61,869 nucleotides of DNA, filler included, from Candidatus Eiseniibacteriota bacterium (GCA_043809585.1; 4 parts of 4 records of this genome joined end to end with filler, not necessarily neighbours in it); one strand, 5' to 3'; shown: positions 39,343-49,325, numbered from the whole stretch's first letter. Numbers and translations are program-made. Notes: a model not told the origin generated them from the sequence alone.

Positions 39343-40005
39343 ATGATCGAGATGAAATCGGTCACCATGGAGTACAAACACCGGGTCCGAGACGTTGTCG
39401 CTCTCGACCGGGCGACGGTGGAGATCCCCGGGGGGCAGTTCGTTTCGGTCGTGGGTCCGAGTGGCAGCGGGAAAAGCACGCTTCTCCTCATGATCGGAGG
39501 GATGCTCACACCCACATCCGGCCGGGTTCTTCTGGGAGGGGAGTCGATTTACGATCTCTCGCCGGACGCCCGAGCACGGCTCCGGCGCCGAGAAATCGGT
39601 TTCCTCTTCCAGACCTTCAATCTGGTCCCCTACCTGACCGCCCTGGAGAACGTGCAACTCCCCCTCCTGATCGGCGGAAAGAACGGCGATGGCCAGGCAA
39701 GGTGTGCCCGAGAGCTGCTCGACCGAGTCGGCTTGGCGGACCGCGCCGACCACAAGCCCTCGGAACTCAGCGTCGGGCAGCAGCAGCGGGTCGCCCTCGC
39801 CCGGGTCCTCGCAAACGATCCGGCGATCGTTCTCGCCGACGAACCGACGGGGAACCTCGATCCGAAAACGCGGGAACAGGTGCTCGAATTCCTCGGCGAG
39901 TTTCACCGGGAGGGCCGAACCATAGTGATGGTCACCCACGATCCCGAAGCGGCGGTGAGAGGGGAGCGGACTCTTCACCTTGAGGAGGGACGAATCGTTG
40001 GATGA
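39343..40005 (+). CDS. ABC transporter ATP-binding protein (LolD/MacB type)
   Basis: [32 protein letters not shown]. Confidence 0.95.
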   Translation: MIEMKSVTMEYKHRVRDVVALDRATVEIPGGQFVSVVGPSGSGKSTLLLMIGGMLTPTSGRVLLGGESIYDLSPDARARLRRREIGFLFQTFNLVPYLTALENVQLPLLIGGKNGDGQARCARELLDRVGLADRADHKPSELSVGQQQRVALARVLANDPAIVLADEPTGNLDPKTREQVLEFLGEFHREGRTIVMVTHDPEAAVRGERTLHLEEGRIVG

Positions 40006-40363
40006 ATTCATCGCGGTTGCGAAGGCCCTCGCGGACCGGAACCGTTGTCGGGCGCTCCTTGCGCTTGAAGACCGTGAGCTGTGCGCGTGCCAGATCATGG
40101 AGTTGCTCGGGCTCGCGCCTTCGACGGTCTCGAGACACATGGCGCAGTTGCAGCAAGCCGGGCTGGTGGTGTCCAGAAAGGAGGGCCGGTGGACGTACTA
40201 CGGGACTCCGAAATCTGATGGCCCGGTTGTCGTGCGATCGGCGATCTCGTGGGTTCGCGATTCACTCGCAGCATCTTCTACCATTAAGAGCGATCGGCGA
40301 CTCCTGAAGAAGATCCTGGAAATCGCCCCCGAGGAACGGTGCGGGAACGGAAGGAAAGGCTGA
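39998..40363 (+). CDS. arsR: ArsR/SmtB family metalloregulator with alpha-3 CxC site
   Basis: KALADRNR, ELCACQI, PSTVSRHM, SRKEGRWTYY; TTG start overlapping the end of the ATPase gene. Confidence 0.88.
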   Translation: MDEFIAVAKALADRNRCRALLALEDRELCACQIMELLGLAPSTVSRHMAQLQQAGLVVSRKEGRWTYYGTPKSDGPVVVRSAISWVRDSLAASSTIKSDRRLLKKILEIAPEERCGNGRKG

Positions 40364-40388
40364 CTGCCTTCTCTCTCTCGATCCTCGC

Positions 40389-40442
40389 CGTCCGTCCCTT
40401 CGCTCACCCTCGCGACGAAAGGGGTTTTGAAACGAGTTCTAG
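40389..40442. repeat. IS/MITE-end remnant (family C) ending in CTAG
   Basis: CGTCCGTCCCTTCGCTCACCCTCGCGA...GGGGTTTTGAAACGAGTTCTAG, nearly identical to 60686-60738. Confidence 0.75.
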
Positions 40443-40621
40443 CCTGGACTATGCACAAATCTCCTACTGCGATCTCGGATCGCCGCCTACGAAGCCTCCT
40501 TTCCTTCGCCGCCTCCTCGATGTAGTGCATGACTACACCTCCGGTGGCGCCTCGTCCAAGTCAGCTTCTCGTCAGGCGATCCGAGCCCTCATGACGGAGA
40601 TTCATGCATAATCCAGGCTAG
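40439..40621 (+). mobile_element. MITE family A, complete (CTAG duplication)
   Basis: CTAG-CCTGGACTATGCACAAATCTCC...GGAGATTCATGCATAATCCAGG-CTAG; near-identical to 47987-48169. Confidence 0.92.
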
Positions 40622-40837
40622 GGACCCGCCCCCTCGAGACTCGCACCTGTCCGTTGTCAACCGCCCCCCGGTTGTGCCCCCCCGCCTGCAAGGTCTTGGG
40701 TCCTGGGCTCCCGGCCGCTTGATGCCCGTCTCCGGACATGTCCGCCGAGGAACAAGCGAGTCCTCCCTCCCCAAGGCTAAACCCGCCCCCTCGTCCGGTC
40801 GATAATCGGAACGTCATTATTAACAATGGGTTAGAAT

Positions 40838-42142
40838 GTGTCCGTCATGGGCCAGGCAGGTGCTTTCGTGAGAAACCGCGCCGTTCTTCTCGGATTCTTT
40901 CTCCTTCTCGGAGTGACCGCGGCCGCGTTCGCGGAACCCTCCATCTCGGGGACCGCCGTCTGGAACGAGCGGGGAATCGAGCACTACAGGGCGGGAAACT
41001 ACAGGAACGCCGTCACCTGCTTCGAGACCGCCTTCCGGCTCCTGCCCGACGACGAAACGCTCCGGTTCAATCTCGCCTCCGCCCACGCCCGGCTCGCGGT
41101 CGACCTCGCCCGGGCAACCCTGAGCCCCGCCTCGTACGCGGAGGCCCTCCTTCACGCGGAGGAGGCGATCGCTCTCGTGGGCGATCACGCCTATTTCCAC
41201 AGCGTGCTCGGCTTCGTTCATCAGGAGAAGCGGAACTACGGGGAGGCGTACGCCGCCTTCGCGCGGGCCGCCGAGTTGGATCCGAAAGACGGGGGCGCAA
41301 GGGTCCTGATGGGGAACGCCGCCTACGAACTGGACGATCTCGAGAAGGCGATCCACCAGTGGAACAAGGCGCTCGACATCGATCCGGACTTGGATCACGT
41401 GAACGAGCGGCTCGACAAGGCGGACCGGGAGATCCTGATCGAGGAGAGGTTCCGGACGGTCGAAAACACGCACTTCCGTCTGCGGTACGATCCCGATCAA
41501 CCGGACGCTTCCCGGATCGCCCGGGACCTCCTCGACCTCTTCGACGAGGCCCGGAGCGACGTGCTCGGTACGCTCCTGAACCGGGGGGCGGAGAAGACGT
41601 CCGTGGTCGTCTATCGTCCGGAGGATTTTCGCGCCATCATGGGGGGGCGGGAGTGGACGGGGGGCCTCTACGACGGGAAGATCCGGGTGCCCTTCCCCCG
41701 GGAGGGAGATTCGGACGACCCGTTCCAAACTCTCGCCGTGCACGAGTACGTCCATGCCGTCATCTACGAGTGGACGTCCGACCGGTGCCCCGCGTGGCTG
41801 AATGAAGGCCTGGCCCAGTATCTCGCGGGCGAGTGGAACGGCACCCGGGAGAAGGAAGCCCGCCGGCTCGCCCGGGAAGGGGATCTCATTCCCCTCGCCT
41901 CTCTCGAGCGATCCTTCCTCGATCTCGACGCCGGGGAGGTGGATGGGGCTTACGTCGAATCGTACGTCGTCGTGAGCTACCTGCTGCAGACGTACACCGC
42001 CCGGCACCTGCATCGCCTCCTCGATCGGATCGCCGAGGGGGAAGAGGTCCCGGACGCGCTTCGTCAGGTGCTCCGGGTGACGGAGGAGGAGCTCCTCCAG
42101 AGCGCCTTCGCCCCCTACCGGAGGGAAGTGGCCGCCCGCTGA
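40838..42142 (+). CDS. TPR-repeat protein with C-terminal peptidase MA-like zincin domain
   Basis: Signal-like N-terminus, TPR repeats, HEYVH...PAWLNEGLAQY; exact start uncertain. Confidence 0.85.
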   Translation: MSVMGQAGAFVRNRAVLLGFFLLLGVTAAAFAEPSISGTAVWNERGIEHYRAGNYRNAVTCFETAFRLLPDDETLRFNLASAHARLAVDLARATLSPASYAEALLHAEEAIALVGDHAYFHSVLGFVHQEKRNYGEAYAAFARAAELDPKDGGARVLMGNAAYELDDLEKAIHQWNKALDIDPDLDHVNERLDKADREILIEERFRTVENTHFRLRYDPDQPDASRIARDLLDLFDEARSDVLGTLLNRGAEKTSVVVYRPEDFRAIMGGREWTGGLYDGKIRVPFPREGDSDDPFQTLAVHEYVHAVIYEWTSDRCPAWLNEGLAQYLAGEWNGTREKEARRLAREGDLIPLASLERSFLDLDAGEVDGAYVESYVVVSYLLQTYTARHLHRLLDRIAEGEEVPDALRQVLRVTEEELLQSAFAPYRREVAAR

Positions 42143-42173
42143 TCCCCGATCGCTCCCGCGATCCCCGGTCGAA

Positions 42174-42884
42174 TCAGAGGAGACCGTCCGGCGGCAGGAG
42201 AACCAATTCCTCCGTGGTCCCTTCGGGAGGCTCTTCGGCAAGCCGGAGCGCCGCCTCCGCGACCGTGCGGGGCGGGAGCATCCGGTTCCGGTCGAGGTCG
42301 CTCTCCACGGTGTCCCAGAAAGGGGAGGCCGTGGCGCCCGCCGTGATGACGCTGACCCGGACCCCCGTTCCCCGGAGTTCCTCCCGGGCGGAGTTCGCGA
42401 GGGCTTGAACCCCGGCCTTCGAGGCGGAGTAGGCGGCGGCGCCGGGGAGGGCGATCCGGGCGGCGATGGAGGAGACGAGGATGATCTTCCCCGATCCCCG
42501 TCGGATCATCCCGGGCAGGGCGTAGCGCATGCAGTGAAAGGTCCCCGACAGGTTGACGGCGAGGATGCGTTCCCACTCGGCCGGGTCCGTCTCGGCCACG
42601 GGCCCGAATGACCCGACCCCGGCGGAGAGGAAGAGGGCGTCCGGCGGTCCGCCTTCCCCTTCGATGACGGCGGCGGCGGCCGCCACCGCCCGGGCGTCCC
42701 GGACGTCCAGAGGAAGAACCCGAGCGCCCGGCCCGGCGACGCGGCAGCGGACGGCCCCCTCCTCCAGGTCGGACTCCGTCCGGGCGCTCATGTAGACCAT
42801 CCAGCCCGCTTCGGCGAACCGCTCCGCCGCCGCGCGGCCGATCCCCCGGCCCGCCCCCGTGATCCACACTCTCCGGACGCTCAT
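42174..42884 (-). CDS. Short-chain dehydrogenase/reductase
   Basis: ITGAGRGIG, VNLSG, SS, YSASK. Confidence 0.93.
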   Translation of the reverse strand: MSVRRVWITGAGRGIGRAAAERFAEAGWMVYMSARTESDLEEGAVRCRVAGPGARVLPLDVRDARAVAAAAAVIEGEGGPPDALFLSAGVGSFGPVAETDPAEWERILAVNLSGTFHCMRYALPGMIRRGSGKIILVSSIAARIALPGAAAYSASKAGVQALANSAREELRGTGVRVSVITAGATASPFWDTVESDLDRNRMLPPRTVAEAALRLAEEPPEGTTEELVLLPPDGLL

Positions 42885-43057
42885 CTCGCTGCCTCCCCGT
42901 GGCCCGAGGCCACACTCTGTTCGCTTCGCCGCCCCCGCCGGACACTTCGTGGGCGGCCCGGCGATCTCCCTCCGGAAGGACCGTCGCCGAACCGCCCGTC
43001 ACCGCTCGGGTTCGTCGTCCTCTTTCCCGCCCCGGCCCCCGGCACGGCCCATGCATG

Positions 43058-43157
43058 NNNNNNNNNNNNNNNNNNNNNNNNNNNNNNNNNNNNNNNNNNN
43101 NTTAATTAATTAANNNNNNNNNNNNNNNNNNNNNNNNNNNNNNNNNNNNNNNNNNNN
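43058..43157. other. Artificial contig linker
   Basis: N run with TTAATTAATTAA. Confidence 0.98.
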
Positions 43158-43158
43158 C

Positions 43159-44004
43159 GCGCTCGGCATCATTCCCGAAGCCCTCGCCCCCCTCGGCGGG
43201 GAGTACGGCCGTGTTCTCCGGGAGGGAATGGATCCCGCGAACGGCTGGATCGATCTCTACCCCCACGAGGGGAAGGAGAGCGGCGCCTTCAGCGCGAACG
43301 TCTACGGCGCCCACCCGTACGTGAAGATGAACTACTTCAACGATTCGGACGGGCTCTTCACCCTCGCCCACGAATACGGCCACGCCCTGCACACCCATCT
43401 CGCCTCGACCCACCAGCCGTACGTGACCGCCGACTACGCGAGCTTCATCGCCGAGATCGCCTCGACGTGCGACGAGGTGCTCCTCACGGACTACCTACTC
43501 GCCCGCGCGAAGACGGACGAGGAGAAGCTCGCGATTCTGAACGAGCGGCTCGAGAGCATCCGGACCACCATCTACCGTCAGACCCTCTTCGCCGAATTCG
43601 AGCTCGCCTTCCACACGGCGGCGGAGAAGGGCGTCCCCCTCACGGCGGACCTCCTGGACAAGATGTACGCCGACCTGGTTCGCGTCTACTACGGCGACGG
43701 GCTGACGATCGGCGAGAACGACGGAATGGAGTGGTCGTACATCGGGCACTTCTACTACAAGTTCTACATGTACACCTACGCCACCGGCCTCTCGTCGGGC
43801 ATCGCCCTCGCGGAGAGGATCAAGTCGGGGGACCCGGAGGCGGTGGAGGCCTACCTCGGCATGCTGAAAGGGGGATCGTCGAAGCCCCCCCTCGAGCTCC
43901 TGAAGGGGGCGGGCGTGGACCTGACCAAGCCGGACGCGGTGGTCGCCGCCGCCCGCCTCATGGACCGGACGATCACCGAGATGGAGAAGCTGCTCGGGCT
44001 CTAG
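43159..44004 (+). CDS. pepF: Oligoendopeptidase F (M3B), 5' partial
   Basis: ALAPLG..Y, WIDLYP..GKESGAFS, LAHEYGH, AEIAST, HFY..FYMY.YATG. Confidence 0.92.
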   Translation, partial: ALGIIPEALAPLGGEYGRVLREGMDPANGWIDLYPHEGKESGAFSANVYGAHPYVKMNYFNDSDGLFTLAHEYGHALHTHLASTHQPYVTADYASFIAEIASTCDEVLLTDYLLARAKTDEEKLAILNERLESIRTTIYRQTLFAEFELAFHTAAEKGVPLTADLLDKMYADLVRVYYGDGLTIGENDGMEWSYIGHFYYKFYMYTYATGLSSGIALAERIKSGDPEAVEAYLGMLKGGSSKPPLELLKGAGVDLTKPDAVVAAARLMDRTITEMEKLLGL

Positions 44005-44227
44005 ATGCGCGGCTCCGTGGACGACCATCCTCGCGGCGGAGGCGGCCCGAGGCCGTTGGCCGGGATCCCGCCGCCGCGGGAATCACCGAGGGCTTCCGGA
44101 CCCGCGCGCGTTAAGATGGCCGAGGCCGATCAGGGGCCCGGCTCGGATGGGGCCGGCGGCGAAGAACCCCGCTCCGGCCGGCATCGGGAAATCGGTGACC
44201 GTTCCCGTGGACCGCCGGGAGGAAATC

Positions 44228-45478
44228 ATGAGAAAAGCGCTCTGGGTGGCCGGGGCGATCGCGATCCTCGGTCTGGTGGCGTGGCGTGTCGGTTTCGGGG
44301 GCGGGGAGCCCGAGAACTCCTACCTCTTCGTCCCCGTCGAGCGGGGGGACCTGGAGGAGGTCGTTTCGAGCACCGGCACCCTGGGGGCCGTGACCACGGT
44401 TCAGGTGGGGACCCAGGTGTCCGGCATCATCTCCGCGATCCACGCGGACTTCAACGACCGGGTCGAGGCGGGCCGGGTGATCGCGAAGGTGGACACCACG
44501 CTCCTCGCAAGCGCCGTCCGGGACGCCGAGGCCTCGCTGGAGAGGAGCGAGGCGGAGCTCCGGTATGCGGACAAGGAGTTCCGGCGGATCGACGACCTCC
44601 GGGCGGACGGTCTCGTTTCGGACGCGGACATGAACTCCGCCCAGTACGCCCTGGACGTCGCGAATGCTTCGGTGAAATCGGCGAAGGTCACCCTCGAGCG
44701 GGCCCGCCGGAACCTCGGTTACGCGACGATCCGGGCCCCGATCTCGGGAACCGTGATCGAGCGGAACGTCGACGTCGGGCAGACGGTGCAGGCAAGCTTC
44801 TCCGCCCCCCAGCTCTTCCTGATCGCCGCCGATCTCTCCCGCATGCAGATCCTGGTCTCCGTCGACGAGAGCGACATCGGACGGATCGAGGAGGGGCAGA
44901 CGGCGCGCTTCACCGTGCAGGCCTATCCCGACCGCGTCTTCGAGGGGATGGTCCGGCAGGTCCGGCTTCAGTCGCTCACCGAGGACAACGTTGTGAACTA
45001 CACGGCGGTGGCGGACGTGGACAACCCGGAGGGGGTTCTGCTCCCCGGAATGACCGCCACCGTCGACTTCCTCGTGGAGAGAGCGGAGGACGTGCTCAAG
45101 GTGGCGAACGCCGCGCTCCGGTACCGCCCGACCGACGAGATGCTGGAGGCCTTCCGTGAGGAGAGGCGGAGCCGTCGGCCGGCGGGAGAAGGGGGCGAAG
45201 GAAACGCCTCCGGGGGGAGCGAAGAAGAGGGGCATTTCAGAAGCGGCGCCCGCCCCACGCTCCTCTGGTACGTCGGCGAGGACGGCGCCTTGGCGGCGGC
45301 TCCGGTCCGGTCCGGCATCAGTGACGGGAAGTCGACCGAGGTGAGCGGCCGGGACCTCGCGGAAGGGATGCAGGTCATCGCGGGCGCCACGGGGGGGAGC
45401 AGTCGTCCGAACGGCCCATCCAGCCCGTTCCAGCAGAACCGGCCGTCCGGCGGGCCGCCCCGCCCGGGCGGATTCTAG
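44228..45478 (+). CDS. Efflux membrane fusion protein (MacA-like)
   Basis: [42 protein letters not shown]. Confidence 0.92.
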   Translation: MRKALWVAGAIAILGLVAWRVGFGGGEPENSYLFVPVERGDLEEVVSSTGTLGAVTTVQVGTQVSGIISAIHADFNDRVEAGRVIAKVDTTLLASAVRDAEASLERSEAELRYADKEFRRIDDLRADGLVSDADMNSAQYALDVANASVKSAKVTLERARRNLGYATIRAPISGTVIERNVDVGQTVQASFSAPQLFLIAADLSRMQILVSVDESDIGRIEEGQTARFTVQAYPDRVFEGMVRQVRLQSLTEDNVVNYTAVADVDNPEGVLLPGMTATVDFLVERAEDVLKVANAALRYRPTDEMLEAFREERRSRRPAGEGGEGNASGGSEEEGHFRSGARPTLLWYVGEDGALAAAPVRSGISDGKSTEVSGRDLAEGMQVIAGATGGSSRPNGPSSPFQQNRPSGGPPRPGGF

Positions 45479-45486
45479 GAGACGCC

Positions 45487-46239
45487 GTGGCCGGGAACGA
45501 CGTCATCCGCACCGCCGGCCTCCGGAAGGACTACGTATTGGGGAAGACCGTGGTCCATGCCCTCCAGGGGGTCGACCTCGTCGTCCGGGCCGGCGAGATG
45601 GTGGCGATCATGGGGGCGTCGGGATCGGGGAAGTCGACGCTCATGAACATCCTCGGTTGCCTCGATCCCCCTTCGGCGGGGGTCTACGAACTGGACGGGA
45701 TCCGGGTGGAGAACATGAGCCGGGACCGGCTCGCGGACATCCGAAACCGGAAGATCGGGTTCGTCTTTCAGGGGTTCAATCTTCTCGCCCGGACGACGGC
45801 CCTCGAGAACGTGGAACTCCCCCTTCTCTACGACCGGAGCGGGGAGCGGATCGACACGAGGGCGCGGGCCGGAGAGGCCCTGGGCCGGGTGGGGCTGTCG
45901 GATCGGGCTGACCATCTGCCGAACGAACTCTCCGGGGGGCAGCAGCAGCGGGTGGCGATCGCCCGAGCCCTCGTGACCCGCCCGTCGATCCTCCTCGCCG
46001 ACGAACCGACGGGGAACCTCGATTCCCGCACCTCCCTCGAGGTGATGGCCCTCTTCCAGGAACTGAACGACCAGGGAATGACCATCTTCCTCGTCACCCA
46101 TGAGAAGGACCTCGCCCGCTACGCCCGCCGGGTGGTCGAGCTCCGGGACGGCGAAGTGATCCTGGACCGGCCGGTCCCGGGTCGGGGGAGTGCGGCGGAG
46201 GACCGGGAGGCCATGAGCGTCTCCGGCGGGGTGTCTTGA
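45487..46239 (+). CDS. MacB-type ABC transporter ATP-binding subunit
   Basis: [28 protein letters not shown]. Confidence 0.95.
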   Translation: MAGNDVIRTAGLRKDYVLGKTVVHALQGVDLVVRAGEMVAIMGASGSGKSTLMNILGCLDPPSAGVYELDGIRVENMSRDRLADIRNRKIGFVFQGFNLLARTTALENVELPLLYDRSGERIDTRARAGEALGRVGLSDRADHLPNELSGGQQQRVAIARALVTRPSILLADEPTGNLDSRTSLEVMALFQELNDQGMTIFLVTHEKDLARYARRVVELRDGEVILDRPVPGRGSAAEDREAMSVSGGVS

Positions 46240-46240
46240 G

Positions 46241-47458
46241 ATGAAGGCGCGGAAGCTCGTCGGCATCGCCGCGAAGAGCATCGTCAAGACGAAGATGCGG
46301 AGCCTGCTCACCATGCTCGGCATCATCATCGGCGTGGCGGCGGTGATCGTCATGGTGGCGATCGGCCAGGGGGCCCAGAGCCGGATCGAGCAACAGATCG
46401 CGGACCTCGGCACGAACATGATCGTGATCACGCCGGGGACGAGCAGCCAGGGGGGCGTCAGCCGGGGGGCGGGCAGCTTCAACCGGCTCACCCTCGAGGA
46501 CGCGGAGAAGCTGGAACGGGAGAGCCTCCTCCTCTCGGCGGTCTCGCCGGTGATCTTCACCTTCACCCGCGCCCGGGGGGGGGATCAGAACTGGCGATGC
46601 CCGATCAACGGCGTCTCCCTCGCCTACGCCGAAATCCGGGACTGGAACGTGGCGGCGGGGCAGTATTTCACCGCCGCCGACGTCCGGAGCAAGCGGAAGG
46701 TCGCCGTAATCGGGAAGACCGTGGCCGAGGCCCTCTTCCCCGACATGAATCCCGTGGGAGAGAGGATCACCCTCCGCCAGGTCCCCTTCACGGTGATCGG
46801 GGTTCTCGAGGAGAAGGGGCAGACCGCGGACGGCTCGGACCAGGACGACACGGTGCTCGCCCCGTACACGACGGTCCGGGACCGCCTCGCGGGGCGCCAG
46901 TTCATCGGGCAGATCCTCGCGTCCACCTACACGCCCGACGAGGTCGGGAGCGCCCAAGAGGAGGCGCGTCTGATCATGCGTGAATCCCACGGCCTCGCCG
47001 ACTGGGAAGAGGACGACTTCACCGTCCGCAATCAGACACAGATCGCCGAGGCGGCCCGGGGGACCACGGAGGTGATGACCTGGCTCCTCGGCGCGATCGC
47101 GAGCATCTCCCTTCTCGTCGGCGGGATTGGCATCATGAACATCATGCTCGTCTCCGTGACGGAGCGGACCCGGGAGATCGGCATCCGGCTCGCCATCGGC
47201 GCCCGGGGCGGCGACGTGCTCACCCAGTTCCTGGTGGAGAGCATCGTGCTCAGCCTGCTCGGCGGGGCGATCGGCGTGGGCGCCGGTTTCGCGGGGGCGG
47301 CGCTTCTCGGGCGCGTCACCGGGTGGGACACGGCGATCACCCCCCCGCAGGTGTTCCTCGCCCTCGGGTTCTCCGCGGCGGTGGGTATCTTCTTCGGCTA
47401 CTACCCCGCCCGGAAGGCGTCCAGGCTCAACCCGATCGAAGCGCTCCGGTACGAGTGA
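46241..47458 (+). CDS. MacB-type ABC transporter permease
   Basis: RSLLTMLGIIIGV, GGIGIMNIMLVSVTERTREIG, YPARKASRLNPIEALRYE. Confidence 0.95.
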   Translation: MKARKLVGIAAKSIVKTKMRSLLTMLGIIIGVAAVIVMVAIGQGAQSRIEQQIADLGTNMIVITPGTSSQGGVSRGAGSFNRLTLEDAEKLERESLLLSAVSPVIFTFTRARGGDQNWRCPINGVSLAYAEIRDWNVAAGQYFTAADVRSKRKVAVIGKTVAEALFPDMNPVGERITLRQVPFTVIGVLEEKGQTADGSDQDDTVLAPYTTVRDRLAGRQFIGQILASTYTPDEVGSAQEEARLIMRESHGLADWEEDDFTVRNQTQIAEAARGTTEVMTWLLGAIASISLLVGGIGIMNIMLVSVTERTREIGIRLAIGARGGDVLTQFLVESIVLSLLGGAIGVGAGFAGAALLGRVTGWDTAITPPQVFLALGFSAAVGIFFGYYPARKASRLNPIEALRYE

Positions 47459-47477
47459 GCGGAGGAGGGACGATCCC

Positions 47478-47990
47478 GTGATGAAAACAATCGCCGTCTG
47501 CGGGAGCAACGACGCGTCGCCCGAAGAGGAGGCCCTCGCCCACGAACTCGGCCGGGCCCTCGGCGCCCTCGGCCTCGCCGTGATCTGCGGCGGCCGCCGG
47601 GGGGTCATGGAGGAGGCCGCCCGGGGGGTCCGGGAGGCGCGGGAAGAGGGCGGGGGGAAGGGCATCGTCATCGGCATCCTCCCCGAGGACCACAAGGGCT
47701 CGGCCAACCCCTATCTCGATGTGGCGCTGCCGACGGGGCTCGGCTTCCACCGGAACGGAATCGTGCCCCTCGCGGGGGACGCGGTGATCGCCGTCGGCGG
47801 CGGCGCGGGCACCCTCTCGGAGATCTCCTTCGCCTGGATGTACGGGCGGCCCGTCGCCCTCCTCGGGAAGACCGGATGGGCCGGACGTCTCGCCGGCGTT
47901 CCCCTCGACCATCGGAGGGGGGAACCCCTCCCCCACTTCACCGAGGTCGAAGGAGTGGTCCGGTGGCTCCGGGGAATCCTCGATCTCTAG
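47478..47990 (+). CDS. TIGR00725/LOG-like (SLOG superfamily) protein
   Basis: CGGRRGVMEEA, IGILP, ANPY, RN, GGGAGTLSEI. Confidence 0.87.
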   Translation: MMKTIAVCGSNDASPEEEALAHELGRALGALGLAVICGGRRGVMEEAARGVREAREEGGGKGIVIGILPEDHKGSANPYLDVALPTGLGFHRNGIVPLAGDAVIAVGGGAGTLSEISFAWMYGRPVALLGKTGWAGRLAGVPLDHRRGEPLPHFTEVEGVVRWLRGILDL

Positions 47991-48169
47991 CCTGGATTAT
48001 GCACAAATCTCCTACTGCGATCTCGGATCGCCGCCTGCGAAGCCTCCTTTCCTTCGCCGCCTCCTCGATGTAGTGCATGACTACACCTCCGGTGGCGGCT
48101 CGTCCAAGTCAGCTTCTCGTCAGGCGATCCGAGTCCTCGTGACGGAGATTCATGCATAATCCAGGCTAG
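47987..48169 (+). mobile_element. MITE family A, complete (CTAG duplication)
   Basis: 22-bp TIR with 2 mismatches, flanked by CTAG on both sides; left CTAG contains the stop of the upstream gene. Confidence 0.93.
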
Positions 48170-48221
48170 CCTCGATCTTGCAGAACCGGCGGCCCTGAAT
48201 TCGGTGGGCGGGAGAGAACGG

Positions 48222-48249
48222 GAAAGGGCCGGGATCGGCTCCCGGCCCT
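48222..48249 (-). terminator. Probable terminator of the 48276-49325 gene
   Basis: AGGGCCGGGA-TCGGC-TCCCGGCCCT hairpin with a short U tract on the minus strand. Confidence 0.55.
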
Positions 48250-48275
48250 CGAAATCGTCGCGGCAGGTCTCTTCC

Positions 48276-49325
48276 TTACCGGTACATCTTCTTGATGGTG
48301 CCCCAGCTCGTCTCTTTCGTCGAGGTCACGCCCGGCTCGATGCCGCAGATGTCCATGACGTAGTCGAACTCGAAGGGCTGGGCGGGGCCGGTGAAGGTCT
48401 GGGGACCGACCCAGAGCCAGTAGACGGCGCCCGGCGTGGTCGGGAAGTTCATGTTTCCCGGGGCGCACGGCCCGGCGACCTCGCTCATCTCGACCGCGAC
48501 GTTCGCGCAGTCTTGCGGCGACAGAAGAAACATGTAGACGGGCTGCTCGGCGTCCACGGTCCAGTCGATGGAGGTGCCCATCGCGGTGACGATGAACCAG
48601 TCCGTGTCCCGAAAGTCGGCGTCGTAGTAGTACCAGCCGCTCACGCCACAGAAATTCAGGCATCCCTGAGCGTCGCCCCAGAGAGTCTGGAAGACGGGGG
48701 GCAAGCTGTTGCAGCCGCCGTTGTACGCATCGGTGTAGTAATTGACGAGCGTCGGCTCCCCTTCGGGAGCGCCCGCGCACTCGAGGGTGCAATCCTCGTG
48801 CCCGGTGACCGCCAGAAGATACTCCCCGCAATCGCCGCCGTACCCGTCGATCACGATGTAATAGGTGTTGCCCGACGTGACCGGCATACCGAAAATGGCG
48901 GAGACGTACGTGCCGCAGGTGGCGTCGAAGTAGTAGTCATCGTTGCACGCGTAGAGCGACCCGCAGGCGTTCTCGTAGACATAGACCTTCGTGTCGTAGA
49001 ACGAGCCGCACAGATCGATGTCAAGGGTCCCCGTGAAATTCGCCGTCCAGGAGTAGACGACGTCCGGAGAGGTCGAGCCGCTATAGGGGCAGACCGCGTC
49101 GTAGTCGTTGCTGTTGTCGCAGGTCGCGCCCGTGTCGTTGAACGGCAGGCTGGTGATGACGTAGGCGCTCGCGCACGTCTCGCCCCCCTCCCGGCCGTCC
49201 GACACTCCCCGGTTCGGCTGCACATGGGCGTCCGTCTTGATCTCCGTCCGGTGGGTCCCGAGGTCGAAGGCGAAGGCGCCCGACGCGAGACCGAGAATCA
49301 GGAGACCGGCGATCAGTCGATGCAT
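48276..49325 (-). CDS. Secreted Cys-rich hypothetical protein with C-terminal TSWGTIKKMYR motif
   Basis: Signal peptide MHRLIAG..GAFA; GGETCASA...PDVVY...YYIVIDGY beta-sandwich-like modules; SD AAGGAGG. Confidence 0.8.
   Translation of the reverse strand: MHRLIAGLLILGLASGAFAFDLGTHRTEIKTDAHVQPNRGVSDGREGGETCASAYVITSLPFNDTGATCDNSNDYDAVCPYSGSTSPDVVYSWTANFTGTLDIDLCGSFYDTKVYVYENACGSLYACNDDYYFDATCGTYVSAIFGMPVTSGNTYYIVIDGYGGDCGEYLLAVTGHEDCTLECAGAPEGEPTLVNYYTDAYNGGCNSLPPVFQTLWGDAQGCLNFCGVSGWYYYDADFRDTDWFIVTAMGTSIDWTVDAEQPVYMFLLSPQDCANVAVEMSEVAGPCAPGNMNFPTTPGAVYWLWVGPQTFTGPAQPFEFDYVMDICGIEPGVTSTKETSWGTIKKMYR

Noticed and set aside
40439-40621. Repeats as a CRISPR array or toxin-antitoxin RNA
   Set aside because: Dispersed copies with TIRs and target duplications, no repeat-spacer periodicity, no cas genes.
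44228-47458. MacAB-type exporter as a novel system
   Set aside because: Ordinary MFP + ATPase + permease arrangement with canonical motifs.
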